27,203 nucleotides of DNA from Minisyncoccia bacterium (lineage in GTDB: Bacteria > Patescibacteriota > Minisyncoccia > SW-4-49-11), in NCBI GenBank assembly GCA_044356725.1, contig JBIKVS010000013.1, forward strand, positions 1-27,203, read 5' to 3'. A model generated the notes under the pieces. The model was not told the origin of the DNA, ran no database searches, and saw only the letters and a list, made by a program, of their open reading frames with translations. A program made the translations under genes and the position numbers. Positions 25,809-27,203 of the stretch are shown one piece after another (position 1 is the stretch's first letter; the number at the start of each line of letters is the position of its first letter).

Positions 25809-26876
25809 CTACACATTAAACTTAAAGTGACAAACATCTCCATCTTGTATGATATAAGACTTACCCTCTTGTCTTAGTTTACCGTTTTGCCTAGCTCCAG
25901 ACTCCCCCCCGCAATCGACAAAATCCTGATAAGATATTATGTCCGCCATTATAAATCCTCGCTCTATATCGGAGTGTATTACTCCTCCAGCTTGTGGAGC
26001 TAAGGTTCCTTGTTTTACTGTCCAAGCCTTTGTCTCTTGCACTCCAGTAGTAAGGAAAGAGATTAAGTCTAATAATTTATACCCCTCTTGGATCAGAGTA
26101 TCTAGTCCGCTCATTTCTCGCCCTAACATTGCTAAATATTCTTGTTGTTCTTCTATATTCATAAGACAAATCTCGGATTCAATTTTGATAGACAAAGGGA
26201 TAATATTATCAAATTTAGCTTGCAATTCTGGACTTAAAGTATAAGTCTCATCGGTATTAGCTACATACATCATCGGCTTGGCGGTAAGGAAATTATAGGA
26301 TTTAATAATATCCAATTCTTCTGAGCTTAGTTCGGCTTCCCTAATTGGAGTCCCAGCCTCTACTAGTGGCAGTATTTTTTGTAAAATTGGAAGAATTTCT
26401 AGAGCTAACTTATCTTTTGACTTAGCTTTTTTCTCAACCTGAGGTAGGGCTTTGGTAATTTGGTCTAAATCGGCCAATAATAGTTCGGTGTTAATAATAT
26501 CAGCATCCTCAATCGGGTCAATACGATTCTCAACATGAGTAATATCATCATTATGAAAGGCTCTAATTACATGACAAATAGCATCAACTTGCCTAATATT
26601 AGCAAGAAAAGCGTTGCCAAGCCCCTCACCCTTAGAAGCTCCTTTGACCAGACCAGCAATATCTATAAATTCTATAGTAGTTGGGATAACTTTAGCTGAT
26701 TTTGAAATTTGAGCCAAAACTTCTATCCTATTATCCGGTACCGGCACTACACCCACATTCGGCTCAATCGTACAAAAAGGATAATTCTCAGCCGAGACTT
26801 GTTTTTTGGTCAAAGTTTGAAATAGAGTAGATTTACCAACATTAGGTAGCCCCACAATACCAATAGATAAGGACAT
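25809..26876 (-). CDS. ychF: Redox-regulated ATPase YchF (Obg family)
   Basis: GIVGLPNVGKSTLF, NYPFCTIEPN, DIAGLVKGAS.GEGLGN.FL and TGS-domain APQAGGVIHSD. Confidence 0.98.
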   Translation of the reverse strand: MSLSIGIVGLPNVGKSTLFQTLTKKQVSAENYPFCTIEPNVGVVPVPDNRIEVLAQISKSAKVIPTTIEFIDIAGLVKGASKGEGLGNAFLANIRQVDAICHVIRAFHNDDITHVENRIDPIEDADIINTELLLADLDQITKALPQVEKKAKSKDKLALEILPILQKILPLVEAGTPIREAELSSEELDIIKSYNFLTAKPMMYVANTDETYTLSPELQAKFDNIIPLSIKIESEICLMNIEEQQEYLAMLGREMSGLDTLIQEGYKLLDLISFLTTGVQETKAWTVKQGTLAPQAGGVIHSDIERGFIMADIISYQDFVDCGGESGARQNGKLRQEGKSYIIQDGDVCHFKFNV

Positions 26877-26950
26877 ATGATTATAACTTATATAATATTT
26901 AGCTTAAATTATACTATAGAGTTAAGTTTTAGGCTAGATTTGTATAGAAT

Positions 26951-27048
26951 AATTATAAATTATGAATTGTGAGTTTCGTAGGGGGATAAACCCTCCGCTA
27001 CCAATATAATGTCGGCGAGGGCGCCGACTCTACGAACTCATAATTTAT
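26951..27048. repeat. REPIN-like GTAG REP doublet
   Basis: 27008-27033 is the exact reverse complement of 25592-25617. It faces a degenerate GTAGGGGG unit at 26978, and the flanks GAGTTTCGTAG/CTACGAACTC pair. Confidence 0.8.
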
Positions 27049-27122
27049 CATTTACCATTCATATTTCCGCATACCCTGTCTAGGATGAAACACATCGTGG
27101 AAAGAGAGAAGAGGGAGGATAA

Positions 27123-27156
27123 ATAGGAAGAGGAGCCGTAAGGCTCCTCTTCCTAT
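27123..27156. terminator. Perfect 15-bp hairpin, probably the terminator of a minus-strand gene beyond the window
   Basis: ATAGGAAGAGGAGCC-GTAA-GGCTCCTCTTCCTAT, with a pyrimidine-rich tail on the minus strand. Confidence 0.55.
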
Positions 27157-27203
27157 GGGGAATAAGATATAATAGTGATACAAATTATTAACTAAGAACT
27201 ACT

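Noticed and set aside
15812-26244. Plus-strand ORFs 15812-15994, 16664-16888, 19521-19826, 21668-21883, 23217-23504, 24517-24717, 25164-25538 and 25939-26244
   Set aside because: Antisense shadows of the minus-strand housekeeping run.
1-27203. Alternative genetic code 25 (UGA=Gly)
   Set aside because: RF2 is present, and full-length genes (alr, thyX, the hydrolase) end at TGA.

Overview
AT-rich (~30% GC by eye) bacterial DNA read with genetic code 11: an RF2 gene is present and TGA is used as a stop. The gene content (tandem-domain ThyX, short orphan ORFs, few Shine-Dalgarno motifs) suggests a Patescibacteria/CPR-like organism; this is inference. The window starts at the left end of an apparently complete IS30-family element. 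The left half is an accessory patchwork: CYTH protein, SDR, DUF2200, hydrolase-dgkA, MscS, rhodanese, MgtE, Ca/Na antiporter, speD, fasciclin plus sortase, alr, PadR and membrane proteins. The right half is a long minus-strand housekeeping run: ychF | two orphans-prfB-ftsE-ftsX-dcd-thyX-heterodimeric ABC exporter-rRNA pseudouridine synthase. The most notable structure not shown in the ORF track is at 8746-10816. A 40-bp duplication of the speD 3' end brackets a 1.85-kb integrase-free islet. The islet encodes a fasciclin adhesin with a non-canonical LHDTG sorting signal, its own sortase and a 31-aa membrane peptide. Directly abutting the second repeat copy is a 145-bp non-autonomous IS200/IS605 miniature element whose ends obey the HUH guide/cleavage rules. 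Also present are three stand-alone promoter-orphan ORF-terminator minigenes and several REP-like palindrome families, including a 41-bp inverted repeat that brackets ychF. No rRNA, tRNA or CRISPR array was seen.
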